Source of the DNA: a virus
IMG/VR virus record: IMGVR_UViG_3300009173_000010
Coordinates: 8,807 to 72,806 of that record
Reading direction: 5' to 3' (one strand)
Length of the DNA: 64,000 nt
The notes under the pieces were generated by a model. That model saw only the letters and a list, made by a program, of their open reading frames with translations, was not told where the DNA came from and made no database searches. Both the position numbers and the translations under genes were made by a program. This document shows positions 29,636 to 38,862 of this stretch, in pieces (position 1 is the first letter of the stretch; every line of letters starts with the position of its first letter).

Positions 29636-31231
29636 ATGCCACAAGGTACAGACAGTAAATTAATTAAATCTGCTCATAAGTCGATAAAGTATACTAAAGA
29701 AGAAATAACACATTTAAAAGAATGTATGGACAAGACAACGGGTCCTTTATACTTTATGAGTAATTTTATGTATATACAGCATCCGGTTCGCGGAAGGCTA
29801 TTATTTGACCCATATGATTATCAGGTAGAATTGGTAGACAATTATCATGAGAATAGATTTAGTATTAATATGTGTGGACGACAGATGGGTAAAACTACTG
29901 TTGCCGCAGGCTATTTGTTGTGGTATGCAATGTTCATTCCAGACAGTACAATATTAATTGCCGCACACAAATATCAAGGTTCTGCTGAAATTATGCAACG
30001 TGTGCGTTATGCTTATGAGAGCGTACCGGATTTTATTCGGCCTGGTGTGACTAACTACAATAGAAATAGTATAGATTTTGATAATGGGTCGAGAATACAA
30101 TCATCAACAACTACAGATAATACTGGACGCGGTATGTCCTTGTCACTTATTTACTGTGACGAGTTTGCATTTGTGCAACCAAGAGTAGCACAAGAGTTCT
30201 GGACTTCCTTATCTCCAACATTAGCAACAGGTGGTAAATGTATTATTACATCTACACCTAATAGTGATGATGATCAATTTGCATCAATTTGGCGAGAAGC
30301 AAATAATACAATTGATGAACACGGCGACCATCAAAAATTAGGACGCAATGGATTCTCAGGTTTTAAAGTTACTTGGCAAGAGCACCCAGACCGTGATGAC
30401 GAATGGGCAAAGGGGGAAAGATCCCGCGTTGGTGAAGAACGTTTTAGACGAGAGCATTTGTGTGAGTTTATTATTTACGATGAAACATTAATTGATCCAT
30501 TAAAGTTAGTTGGTTTAAAAGGAAGAGAACCAGTATTGAGAACTGGAGAAGTGCGTTGGTTTAAGAAACCGACGAAAGGCGGTATTTATCTTGTTGGCTT
30601 AGATCCAAGTTTGGGCACAGGCGGAAATTCAGCGGCCATTGAAGTTTATGATGGTACAACAATGGAGCAGATTGCGGAATGGCAACATAATAAGTCTCCA
30701 GTAAAACGCCAATTAAAAATTATGCAAGACATTTTAATGTATATTGCAAAAGAAACAGATTATAAAGAAGGTACACATTTAGAAACAGAAATTTATTGGA
30801 GTGTAGAAAACAACACACTCGGTGAAGCCGCATTAACTGTTATTGAATATACTGGGGAAGAAAATTTTCCTGGACAAATGATAAGTCAACCAAAAGCAGG
30901 AAGCGCCACCCGACGATTTAGAAAAGGCTTTACTACTACAGCAAAGACAAAAATAGCAATGTGTTCGATGCTTAAAAATTTAGTAGAGTCTAATAAAATA
31001 AAAATATATAGTAATAATTTAGTAAGAGAATTAAAGAATTTTGTAGCACACGGATTAAAATTTCAGGCAAAATTGGGGGAATCTGATGATTTAGTAGCGG
31101 CAACGTTATTGGTACTTCGAATTAGTCATCATTTAGCAAAATATGACGACAGAATTCACGAAAGAATGGCTCAAAACGCCGCTGATGACGATACTGGCTT
31201 CGAACTGCCCCTCCCATTAGGTCTAATTTAA
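29636..31231 (+). CDS. Terminase large subunit (gp17-like)
   Basis: GRQMGKTT Walker A, LIYCDEFAF Walker B, ITSTPN, nuclease GLDPS...DDLV. Confidence 0.95.
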   Translation: MPQGTDSKLIKSAHKSIKYTKEEITHLKECMDKTTGPLYFMSNFMYIQHPVRGRLLFDPYDYQVELVDNYHENRFSINMCGRQMGKTTVAAGYLLWYAMFIPDSTILIAAHKYQGSAEIMQRVRYAYESVPDFIRPGVTNYNRNSIDFDNGSRIQSSTTTDNTGRGMSLSLIYCDEFAFVQPRVAQEFWTSLSPTLATGGKCIITSTPNSDDDQFASIWREANNTIDEHGDHQKLGRNGFSGFKVTWQEHPDRDDEWAKGERSRVGEERFRREHLCEFIIYDETLIDPLKLVGLKGREPVLRTGEVRWFKKPTKGGIYLVGLDPSLGTGGNSAAIEVYDGTTMEQIAEWQHNKSPVKRQLKIMQDILMYIAKETDYKEGTHLETEIYWSVENNTLGEAALTVIEYTGEENFPGQMISQPKAGSATRRFRKGFTTTAKTKIAMCSMLKNLVESNKIKIYSNNLVRELKNFVAHGLKFQAKLGESDDLVAATLLVLRISHHLAKYDDRIHERMAQNAADDDTGFELPLPLGLI

Positions 31232-31242
31232 TAAATACATAT

Positions 31243-33630
31243 ATGAGTTCGAGTATAGAAAATATAGCCACCGAAGTTCGCAAGGTGATCAAAGGTACAG
31301 GCTTTCGTTTAGAAATGTTTTCTGAAAACGGAGATAAAACTCTTGACGATCGTGAAGCCAGAAGGTTCTTTTTAAAGCCTTCTAATGTTATGATTACACT
31401 TGACGAAACTTTAAAAACTATAAAATTGCACAAACCAGATTCGGTAGAATTAGATGAAATTGAGAATTTACGTAAAACGTTGCAAAGTATTGCAACTAAA
31501 AACAGATGGAATTTTGATCTACGAACGTTTGGACATACCTTAAAACCAAAGGATTATGTGCATCAAGCAGTTAAATCAATGAATGATGAGGAATTAGCAA
31601 TGAAAAATATGGCAGAGGGAATGTCTCCGATGTCAGGAAGTAGTAAATCTAGTTATCAGTTACATGATAACAAAGTAAAATTAATCGTGAGACATACAAA
31701 ATCAATTGACGAAGAAGTACGCGGTTCACGAAGCCGTCACATTAAGGCACTGTTTATCGAAAATGGCGCCGGAGAAAGATTTCAATATCCGCATATACAT
31801 TTAGCAGGTGCGAGAGCAATGGCAAGACATGTAAGTATGGGAGGCATTACACATGATGATGTAGGAAGCCACATTACAGGATTGTCAGAGGAATATGCTC
31901 AAGTACAAAAGTTTTTGCGTTATGCACGATCACCTAAGTTTGTTAGTGAGGAAACAGGTGATGCTGTTGAAGCAGTCAAAGAACGTTATGCAAATATTAA
32001 AGAACAATTAGTTGCACTCACTAGTGTTAAGAATTATGGTCAAGCAGTAGAATCAATTGATAATACAGTACGAGAAACTACTGATGAGAAAGTTACAGAA
32101 CTTAAAGATATGTTTACTACAAGAGAATTCCCTGAGTCTCTTGAAGAGTCACTACCGCTAATTTCCAAAATTATAGAATATCGTGTTAAACCACAGCCAT
32201 CAGTTGGCGATCAGTTAAAGGACATTGATTTACTTAAGAGCAAAGCCGAAGAAGCAGAGTTTCATACACCATCAGCAGGCCAAGATGAATATTCGAGTGC
32301 GAATATTATGAAGTTTGCAAGTGTAAGAGATGAGATCTCTTACAAAGTTAGAGAGTTATCAGCAATTATTAAGGATGACTTGTTATCAGCATTTTTGGCA
32401 CGTACAGGTGAGAAAATGCAAGACGAGGGAGCAAGCATTTCGAGTGAAGAAGTTGATATAGTTAAAACTGTTATGCAACGAGCCGGAGATAAAGGGTTGT
32501 TTGCTAAAAAAGCCTCTGCTGATGCTGACGCAGGCCCAAGTATCGATGATGAGAATCCCGAAGAAATGCCGGATGATATGTATGCACCAGAAGGTAAGCA
32601 ATTTGAAAGTTGGTTAGAAGATGTTGCTAGTGATAAAGCATTGTTTGAAACAGTTAAAATTTCAGAAGATGAGTTTGTAGACTTTAGTCGCGCAGTTGCT
32701 GATGCAAAACAACGTATGGCAAACTTGCCACGTATGAGTGACGGTTCACCATTAATCCGTAAGATTAAAGGTATGTGTGAAGAAGTTGCAAAGGAATATG
32801 ATCTTAAAACAGAAGATGTTTATTCTGCATTAAGTGGTGAGGAAGTTATTAACGAAGGCGAGCCACGCCAATATAAAGGCGACGGCACTGATGCAATGGT
32901 AGTTAAGGACGGCGAAGTAAAAGTGATTGACGCCGAAGAATTAGACAGTGCATTAGTTGACGGTTGGGAATTAGCAGAATCAGTAATTCGTGAAGATAAG
33001 TTTTCAGAAACAGAAATTACTGTTAATAAAGATATTCCATTAGCAGGTGATAGTATTTGGATGAATTCTGAACATGGTATTGATGAACCAGTTGATTCGG
33101 TTCATGTTTCGACTATTAGTGTTAGAACTGGCGATGAAGACGACGAGGATGATAATACCATAAGTGTTTATGTTGACCATGATGGTCCATATCAAATTTA
33201 TACTGATTCGGGTTTTGAAAAAGCAATTAGTGACATTACTGGATATGATCTTGGCTTTAGTGAGCAAGGTATGCAGGAAGACGAACTTGCACATCTAGAA
33301 GGTTATCTTGACAACACAGGGCAAGAAGAAGAGCTAGATGATTTAGGCCAAAATCTTGAATATGATGCAGACCCAGCCCTTGAAACGCGAAACCGTGTTA
33401 GACATTTAGCAGGTATAGATCCAGTTATTGAAGACGCCGAAACTGATGATGACGAAGAACAAATAGACGAAGCACAAAGCGAAGCACAAAAAGCCGCTTT
33501 CCAGAAAATGCTTGATGCTAAAAATGGCAAGAAGGAAGAAACTGACGATGATAATGACGACGATAATGACGACGAAGACGACGAAGTCTCAGAAACATTA
33601 GATCGTGTTAAGCATTTAGCAGGCGTTTAA
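31243..33630 (+). CDS. Conserved jumbo-phage virion/head protein with acidic modular C-terminus
   Basis: Follows terminase; 'SKSSYQ...VRH...RSRHIKALFIENGAGERF..HLAGARAMARHV'; ends with two RV(R/K)HLAG(I/V) motifs. Confidence 0.6.
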   Translation: MSSSIENIATEVRKVIKGTGFRLEMFSENGDKTLDDREARRFFLKPSNVMITLDETLKTIKLHKPDSVELDEIENLRKTLQSIATKNRWNFDLRTFGHTLKPKDYVHQAVKSMNDEELAMKNMAEGMSPMSGSSKSSYQLHDNKVKLIVRHTKSIDEEVRGSRSRHIKALFIENGAGERFQYPHIHLAGARAMARHVSMGGITHDDVGSHITGLSEEYAQVQKFLRYARSPKFVSEETGDAVEAVKERYANIKEQLVALTSVKNYGQAVESIDNTVRETTDEKVTELKDMFTTREFPESLEESLPLISKIIEYRVKPQPSVGDQLKDIDLLKSKAEEAEFHTPSAGQDEYSSANIMKFASVRDEISYKVRELSAIIKDDLLSAFLARTGEKMQDEGASISSEEVDIVKTVMQRAGDKGLFAKKASADADAGPSIDDENPEEMPDDMYAPEGKQFESWLEDVASDKALFETVKISEDEFVDFSRAVADAKQRMANLPRMSDGSPLIRKIKGMCEEVAKEYDLKTEDVYSALSGEEVINEGEPRQYKGDGTDAMVVKDGEVKVIDAEELDSALVDGWELAESVIREDKFSETEITVNKDIPLAGDSIWMNSEHGIDEPVDSVHVSTISVRTGDEDDEDDNTISVYVDHDGPYQIYTDSGFEKAISDITGYDLGFSEQGMQEDELAHLEGYLDNTGQEEELDDLGQNLEYDADPALETRNRVRHLAGIDPVIEDAETDDDEEQIDEAQSEAQKAAFQKMLDAKNGKKEETDDDNDDDNDDEDDEVSETLDRVKHLAGV

Positions 33631-33641
33631 GGGATTGATCT

Positions 33642-33774
33642 ATGTTAGTCGAAGAAATACTTGAAGTATGTTGATGCCTTAAATAAACATTGGAAAGAAC
33701 ACCCAGAAGACTTTGGACCCAAAACAAAAAAGAGTGAAGCAATAAATCATCTTAAACATTTAGCAGGGATATAA
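33642..33774 (+). pseudogene. Short frameshifted or deleted head-protein gene (MLVEEILE.../...HLKHLAGI*)
   Basis: The ATG 33642 frame stops at 33674; another frame (33661-33774) carries the C-terminal LKHLAGI motif. Confidence 0.45.
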
Positions 33775-33782
33775 ATATTATT

Positions 33783-34136
33783 ATGAAACTCAATGATTTA
33801 TTAAACGAGACTATACAAGAGGAAGAGGAAACGCAATACATTGTATTAGACGTTGCCCGTCCTGGTCGTTCTTGGGTTGCAGATAGTAAAAAAGATGTTG
33901 TTGATGCAATTTTAACTAATGCTATTAAGCAATGGCAAGTACTTGAAGCCGACGACAATGAAATTATTGCTGATTATCATCATGATACAATTTACTCCGG
34001 TACTATTACACCAAAAGATAAATCACTAGAAAGAGTAAAAGAATTAATGTTTACAGTTAAGGATGATCTACCAGATCATTCAGCATTTCCAAAAGTTAAA
34101 GCAGATATGGAAATAGTTGATTCTGATGAGATTTGA
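33783..34136 (+). CDS. Hypothetical protein with capsid-targeting-like N-terminus
   Basis: MKLNDLLNE; TAAATA-N5-ATG. Confidence 0.6.
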   Translation: MKLNDLLNETIQEEEETQYIVLDVARPGRSWVADSKKDVVDAILTNAIKQWQVLEADDNEIIADYHHDTIYSGTITPKDKSLERVKELMFTVKDDLPDHSAFPKVKADMEIVDSDEI

Positions 34137-34183
34137 TCAGCCGGATATATTATTGTTAATTTGTTTATGTCACAAAAAAATGG

Positions 34184-34212
34184 TTGACATTTGTTGAATT
34201 AGATACTATACT
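34184..34212 (+). promoter_or_regulatory. Sigma70-like promoter of the SSB/UvsX operon
   Basis: TTGACA-N17-TATACT. Confidence 0.7.
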
Positions 34213-34277
34213 GTATCTAGTTAAGTATATAAAACTCAACTTAAAACTAACATTAGGCTAATACAGGAGAACTAATA

Positions 34278-35249
34278 ATGGCTACATTGGCAGAACTAAG
34301 GGCAAAACTCGCGGCACAGGATCAGCGTCAGTCTGGACCTCGCGAAACAGATAACGCAATTTATGCGTTTTGGAATATCCCCAACGATACTACAGCAACG
34401 ATGCGTTTTCTTCCCGACGGGGACGAAAGCAATACATTCTTTTGGCAAGAGCGTCAAATGATTCGTATTACTTTCCCTGGAGTAAAAGGGCAAGACGAAG
34501 CAAGACCAGTTACGGTTAACGTACCGTGCATTGAAATGTGGGGAGAAACCTGTCCAGTACACGCAAAAATCCGTCCATGGTTTAAGGACCCGACACTTGA
34601 AGACATTGGTCGCAAGTATTGGAAAAAGCGTTCATACATCTTTCAAGGGTTTGTTGTAAATAATCCATTGGAAGGTGATGCAAAACCAGAGAATCCAGTT
34701 CGACGCTTTGTTATTAATCCGTCTATTTTTAAGATTATTAAAGCGGCGTTAATGGATCCTGAAATGGAAAACTTACCAACTGATTATACAAGCGGTACAG
34801 ATTTCCGACTTACTAAAACACAGAAAGGTCAGTATGCTGATTATTCAACTTCGAACTGGGCTCGTCGTGAGCGTACTTTGGGAGAAGAGGAACTTGAGGC
34901 AATTAATACACATGGTCTGTTCACACTTAATGATTATCTACCAAAGCGTCCAGACGCAAGAGGAGTAGAGGTAATCTATGAAATGTTTGAAGCATCAGTT
35001 GATGGCGAACTTTATGATGCTAATAAATGGGGCGATTATTATCGCCCATATGGTGTTGATAATCCAAATAAAACAACTTCAAAACCTACTGTAACTGTGT
35101 CAGCCGACACATCAAAGTCTGTTGAAGAGGTTGATACACCGGTACCTGATAAGGAAGAGGTTACAGAAACTGCTACTAATAATACTGAGAAATCAAGTGC
35201 AGAAGATATTCTTGCTATGATTCGTAGTCGTAAGAATGCATCTGAATAG
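34278..35249 (+). CDS. Single-stranded DNA-binding protein (gp32-like)
   Basis: MATLAELRAKL, RFLPD, CIEMWGETCPV, YWKKRSY, GTDFRLTK, YADYSTS; acidic tail. Confidence 0.9.
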   Translation: MATLAELRAKLAAQDQRQSGPRETDNAIYAFWNIPNDTTATMRFLPDGDESNTFFWQERQMIRITFPGVKGQDEARPVTVNVPCIEMWGETCPVHAKIRPWFKDPTLEDIGRKYWKKRSYIFQGFVVNNPLEGDAKPENPVRRFVINPSIFKIIKAALMDPEMENLPTDYTSGTDFRLTKTQKGQYADYSTSNWARRERTLGEEELEAINTHGLFTLNDYLPKRPDARGVEVIYEMFEASVDGELYDANKWGDYYRPYGVDNPNKTTSKPTVTVSADTSKSVEEVDTPVPDKEEVTETATNNTEKSSAEDILAMIRSRKNASE

Positions 35250-35254
35250 TAGTT

Positions 35255-35280
35255 ATTGGGAGGGGGGAACCCCTCCCAAT
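35255..35280 (+). other. Strong 11-bp GNRA hairpin without U-tract between SSB and UvsX (mRNA stability/processing element)
   Basis: ATTGGGAGGGG-GGAA-CCCCTCCCAAT. Confidence 0.6.
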
Positions 35281-35300
35281 CATTCACATGGAGGACGCAA

Positions 35301-36386
35301 ATGGTAAGACCGTACGATTTTTCTAAATTAAGAAAAAGTTTAACAAAAAACATTGATGGCTTAAGTCTCGGCTTCAATGATCCTAAGGACTGGATTGACA
35401 CTGGCAGTTATGCATTAAATTATCTTATTAGCGGAGACTTTTATAAAGGTGTTCCTCTCGGTAAGGTAACAATGTTTGCTGGCGAATCTGGATCCGGAAA
35501 AAGTTTAGTGGTGAGCGGTAATTTAGCCCGTAATGCACAAGCGTCCGATTGCTTTGTTGTTATGATGGATAGCGAAAATGCACTTGACAATACTTGGCTA
35601 CAAGCACTTGGTGTAGATACAAGCGAAGATAAACTTCTAAAAATTAATGTATCTATGATTGATAGTGTTGCTAAAACATTATCAGAATTTCTTAAAGGAT
35701 ACAAAGAAGAAAACGGGGGCAAGCAATACGACGAATGCCCAAAAGTAGTAATTATTATTGATAGTTTAGGTATGTTGTTATCGCCAACGGATATTAAACA
35801 ATTTGAAGCCGGCGATCTAAAAGGTGATTTAGGACGCAAGCCTAAGGCGCTTACAGCATTAATTCGTAATACAGTTAATAATATTGCTCCATATCCAATT
35901 GGATTTATAGTTACAAACCATACATATTCTTCTCAGGATATGTTTAATCCAGATGACAAGATATCAGGCGGCCAAGGGTTTGTGTATGCAAGTTCTATTG
36001 TTGTTGCTATGCGGAAATTAAAACTTAAGGTTGATGCAGATGGTAATAAGGTTTCTGAGGTTTTAGGAATTAGAGCCGCAATGAAAGTCATGAAAACAAG
36101 ATTTTCAAAACCATTTGAATCAGTGCAAGTTGAGATTCCGTATGAGACAGGAATGAGCCCATACAGTGGATTAATTGATCTATTTGAAAAATCTGGTGAT
36201 CTTGTTAAGCAAGGTAATAGGTTATTATATAAAGACAATACTGGAAAAGAACATATATACTTTAGAAAGGGATGGAATGCAGAGACATTACCGATTATTT
36301 TGCAAGAAAAAGCAAATGGAGTAGTATTAGAACCGGTAATTGAAGTTGAGAATGATCCTATTTCTTCAGAAATAAATGAGGAATAG
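35301..36386 (+). CDS. uvsX: RecA-like recombinase (UvsX)
   Basis: WIDTGSYALN, AGESGSGKS, DSENAL, IIIDSLG, NHTY, SGGQGFVYASS, KTRF; GGAGG RBS before 35301. Confidence 0.92.
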   Translation: MVRPYDFSKLRKSLTKNIDGLSLGFNDPKDWIDTGSYALNYLISGDFYKGVPLGKVTMFAGESGSGKSLVVSGNLARNAQASDCFVVMMDSENALDNTWLQALGVDTSEDKLLKINVSMIDSVAKTLSEFLKGYKEENGGKQYDECPKVVIIIDSLGMLLSPTDIKQFEAGDLKGDLGRKPKALTALIRNTVNNIAPYPIGFIVTNHTYSSQDMFNPDDKISGGQGFVYASSIVVAMRKLKLKVDADGNKVSEVLGIRAAMKVMKTRFSKPFESVQVEIPYETGMSPYSGLIDLFEKSGDLVKQGNRLLYKDNTGKEHIYFRKGWNAETLPIILQEKANGVVLEPVIEVENDPISSEINEE

Positions 36387-36426
36387 GTAAATATCCACGA
36401 TTGCATATATTATTGCGGAGAAAAGT

Positions 36427-36666
36427 ATGAGTGAATTACCTGATTTCTTTACAGAAATGTGGACGGCAATTAAAAATTATATCCCCCAAAAGGATAGATA
36501 TGATGCCGCAAGAAGAATCGTTGATGTTTATGATGGCCTCGGCGACGTTGAAGAGTTAAAAGATTATACAGGACAAGATGATTATTTAGATAATGCATTA
36601 AGTGATTATTTTAATGAAGTAGAAGAATTTGAAGATTCGGACGAAGAAACGGATGACGAATATTAA
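36427..36666 (+). CDS. Small acidic conserved protein
   Basis: 79 aa ORF, GGAG RBS, coupled to UvsY. Confidence 0.65.
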   Translation: MSELPDFFTEMWTAIKNYIPQKDRYDAARRIVDVYDGLGDVEELKDYTGQDDYLDNALSDYFNEVEEFEDSDEETDDEY

Positions 36667-37151
36667 TGGCTAATTGGTATGAGAAAGTTTCAAGTAACAT
36701 TAGTAATCTTCCTGATTGTATCGAGTATTACGAAGAACAATTAGTAGAAGCACGTAAGGAGATACCCATGCATGGGTCAATTGAAAAATCTTCAAGTGTG
36801 CTTCCTGCTATTGTTGAGACTCGTTTTTCTCAGTTACAAGAAATTGAAGCAATTCTTGAGCATCTTAATATTCAGTTACGAAGAATTAGAGCACGAACCT
36901 TTAGAAAATTTTTAGAGAAATATGAACGGGCATTGACTAGTAGAGATGCCGGAGCGTATGTTGATGGGGAATCCGAAGTAGTTGATCAAACAGAATTAAT
37001 TAACCAGTTTGGACTTTTACGAAATCAATTTCTTGGTGTATTAAAAGCACTGGAAGCAAAGCAATTCCAAATTAATAATATTGTTAAATTGAGAGTTGCT
37101 GGTTTGGAAGATTCTGAAATTAATATATTTTATGGGAATCCAAATAAATAA
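36666..37151 (+). CDS. uvsY: Recombination mediator (UvsY-like)
   Basis: 'YVDGE.EV', 'LKALEAKQFQINNIVKLRVAGLED'. Confidence 0.8.
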   Translation: MANWYEKVSSNISNLPDCIEYYEEQLVEARKEIPMHGSIEKSSSVLPAIVETRFSQLQEIEAILEHLNIQLRRIRARTFRKFLEKYERALTSRDAGAYVDGESEVVDQTELINQFGLLRNQFLGVLKALEAKQFQINNIVKLRVAGLEDSEINIFYGNPNK

Positions 37152-37154
37152 CTA

Positions 37155-37183
37155 TTGACAAGTTGATAAACATAGTATATAAT
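37155..37183 (+). promoter_or_regulatory. Consensus sigma70 promoter
   Basis: TTGACA-N17-TATAAT. Confidence 0.8.
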
Positions 37184-37217
37184 GGTTTGACACATTGTAA
37201 TTAAAAGGAGTGTATAA

Positions 37218-37628
37218 ATGAAAATCAATTTACGTAGAGCCGCAACTTTGCAAGAGCAAATTCGTCAAGCGGTATCAGATGTTAATCTTGCTCACGGCCA
37301 AGGTGAAGAGACCGCCGATTTAGAACAGAAATTAACCCATCTAGAAGAGGTTGAATCTGTATTGTATAGTTTGCGTGATAAAGTTGGTAAAGCAAACGTT
37401 GAAACGGGTGTTAGTACGCTATTAACAAAACGAGTCCAACTTAATAATTTAATCGGACGTTATGAGAAACTTGTACGTCACGGTATGGAATCTTTTCAAT
37501 CAAAGTTATCAGATCTTCGCAAGGAGAGAGTAACAATTAGTGAAAAGATTTTAGAATTAAATGTTGGATCTTCGGTAGAGTTAACTGATACAGATGAACA
37601 AATTCTTGCAAGAGAGAATATACTTTAA
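37218..37628 (+). CDS. Coiled-coil protein of unknown function
   Basis: AAGGAG RBS; heptad pattern throughout (MKINLRRAATLQEQI...KANVETGV...ILELN). Confidence 0.7.
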   Translation: MKINLRRAATLQEQIRQAVSDVNLAHGQGEETADLEQKLTHLEEVESVLYSLRDKVGKANVETGVSTLLTKRVQLNNLIGRYEKLVRHGMESFQSKLSDLRKERVTISEKILELNVGSSVELTDTDEQILARENIL

Positions 37629-37638
37629 TATAAATAAC

Positions 37639-37811
37639 ATTGATGCATAGGCATCAATCGCGATACGCTAAACACTATAATGATGAAATTAGAAGTATTA
37701 AGTAAAAGATAACACGGTATGATTGTTAATTGTCACAGACGTAACAATAACGAGCGAGTGTTTAGTTAACTTTTAGGCGGGTGACTAGAAATAGTCACTC
37801 GCTTTTTTTTT
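37639..37811 (+). ncRNA. Candidate structured ncRNA or regulatory leader (late promoter to terminator)
   Basis: TATAAATA at 37629; stems 37639-46/37651-58, 37668-76/37757-65, 37722-28/37742-48; terminator 37776-37811; no sizeable ORF. Confidence 0.5.
37776..37811 (+). terminator. Intrinsic terminator
   Basis: GGCGGGTGACTA-GAAA-TAGTCACTCGCT followed by T-tract. Confidence 0.85.
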
Positions 37812-37827
37812 GGAGTCTTTATAATAT

Positions 37828-38790
37828 ATGGATATAACTTTGTTATGGATGATCCTAGGTTTTATGTTAGCCGCATATTCTGTTGTTGCTAATGATAGTG
37901 TACAAACCTTAGGTCCATGGCTAGCATCAAATTCAGAAAAATTTAAATGGTATACTTTATGGGCCGCCGCTTCGATTGGTCTATTAATAACTATGTGGTA
38001 TGGGTGGTATATTAATGCAGGTGATATATCATTTGGTAGATTAAATAAAATACCATTTCAAGAAGTGCAATGGTATCATGCTACAGCACCAGCCATACTT
38101 TTATTGTTAACGCGAATAGGCGTTCCAGTTTCAACCTCATTCCTAGTGTTATCGGCATTTGCTAGTACATTTGTATTGGAAAAAATGCTTGTAAAATCTG
38201 TTATGGGTTATGCATTGGCCGCAGTTGTTGCGTATTGTTTATGGATTGTTTTAGAACGATTAATTGATGAAAAACATGATAAAGTAAAAGAACACCATAA
38301 AAGATATTGGCGTGTTGCTCAATGGGGCACAACTGGGTTTTTATGGTATACTTGGTTATCACACGATATGGCAAATATTGCTGTATTCCTCCCACGAGCA
38401 TTGTCTATAGAATGGATGCTTTTTATATCTGTTGTATTTGTAGTGTTCTTAGGATATACATTTCGAGAACATGGCGGCAAAATTCAAGAAATTGTTTTAG
38501 AAAAAACAGGCACTAGGTATGTTCGATCAGCAACAATAATTAATTTAGTTTATGCATTCATATTGTTATTCTTTAAAGAATTAAATGACATTCCTATGAG
38601 TACAACTTGGGTGTTTGTTGGATTGCTATGTGGACGAGAACTTGCTATATCAACTGTTATGGAAAATTATAAATTCAAGCACGTATTTCCAATTGTAGGA
38701 AGAGACTTTCTTAAAATGATGTTAGGATTAATAGTTTCAGTTGGAATAGTATTGGCAATACATTATGTAATTATACCTTACGGTTATTGA
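37828..38790 (+). CDS. Multi-pass membrane protein, PiT/phosphate-sulfate permease-like
   Basis: About 9-10 hydrophobic segments; duplicated signature-like motifs 'VANDSVQTLG' / 'SHDMANIA' and 'PVSTS' / 'PMSTT'. Confidence 0.65.
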   Translation: MDITLLWMILGFMLAAYSVVANDSVQTLGPWLASNSEKFKWYTLWAAASIGLLITMWYGWYINAGDISFGRLNKIPFQEVQWYHATAPAILLLLTRIGVPVSTSFLVLSAFASTFVLEKMLVKSVMGYALAAVVAYCLWIVLERLIDEKHDKVKEHHKRYWRVAQWGTTGFLWYTWLSHDMANIAVFLPRALSIEWMLFISVVFVVFLGYTFREHGGKIQEIVLEKTGTRYVRSATIINLVYAFILLFFKELNDIPMSTTWVFVGLLCGRELAISTVMENYKFKHVFPIVGRDFLKMMLGLIVSVGIVLAIHYVIIPYGY

Positions 38791-38797
38791 TCAATTG

Positions 38798-38805
38798 TAT
38801 AAATA
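38798..38805 (+). promoter_or_regulatory. Late promoter for the aaRS-like gene and tRNA
   Basis: TATAAATA. Confidence 0.55.
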
Positions 38806-38862
38806 AAATAAAAGAAAATTTAGTTCTATTCCGAGCAAAATTTTTTTGACTGGAGAAAACAT

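Noticed and set aside
31243-33630. Portal protein call for the gene after terminase
   Set aside because: No gp20-like motifs were recognised; position alone is insufficient.
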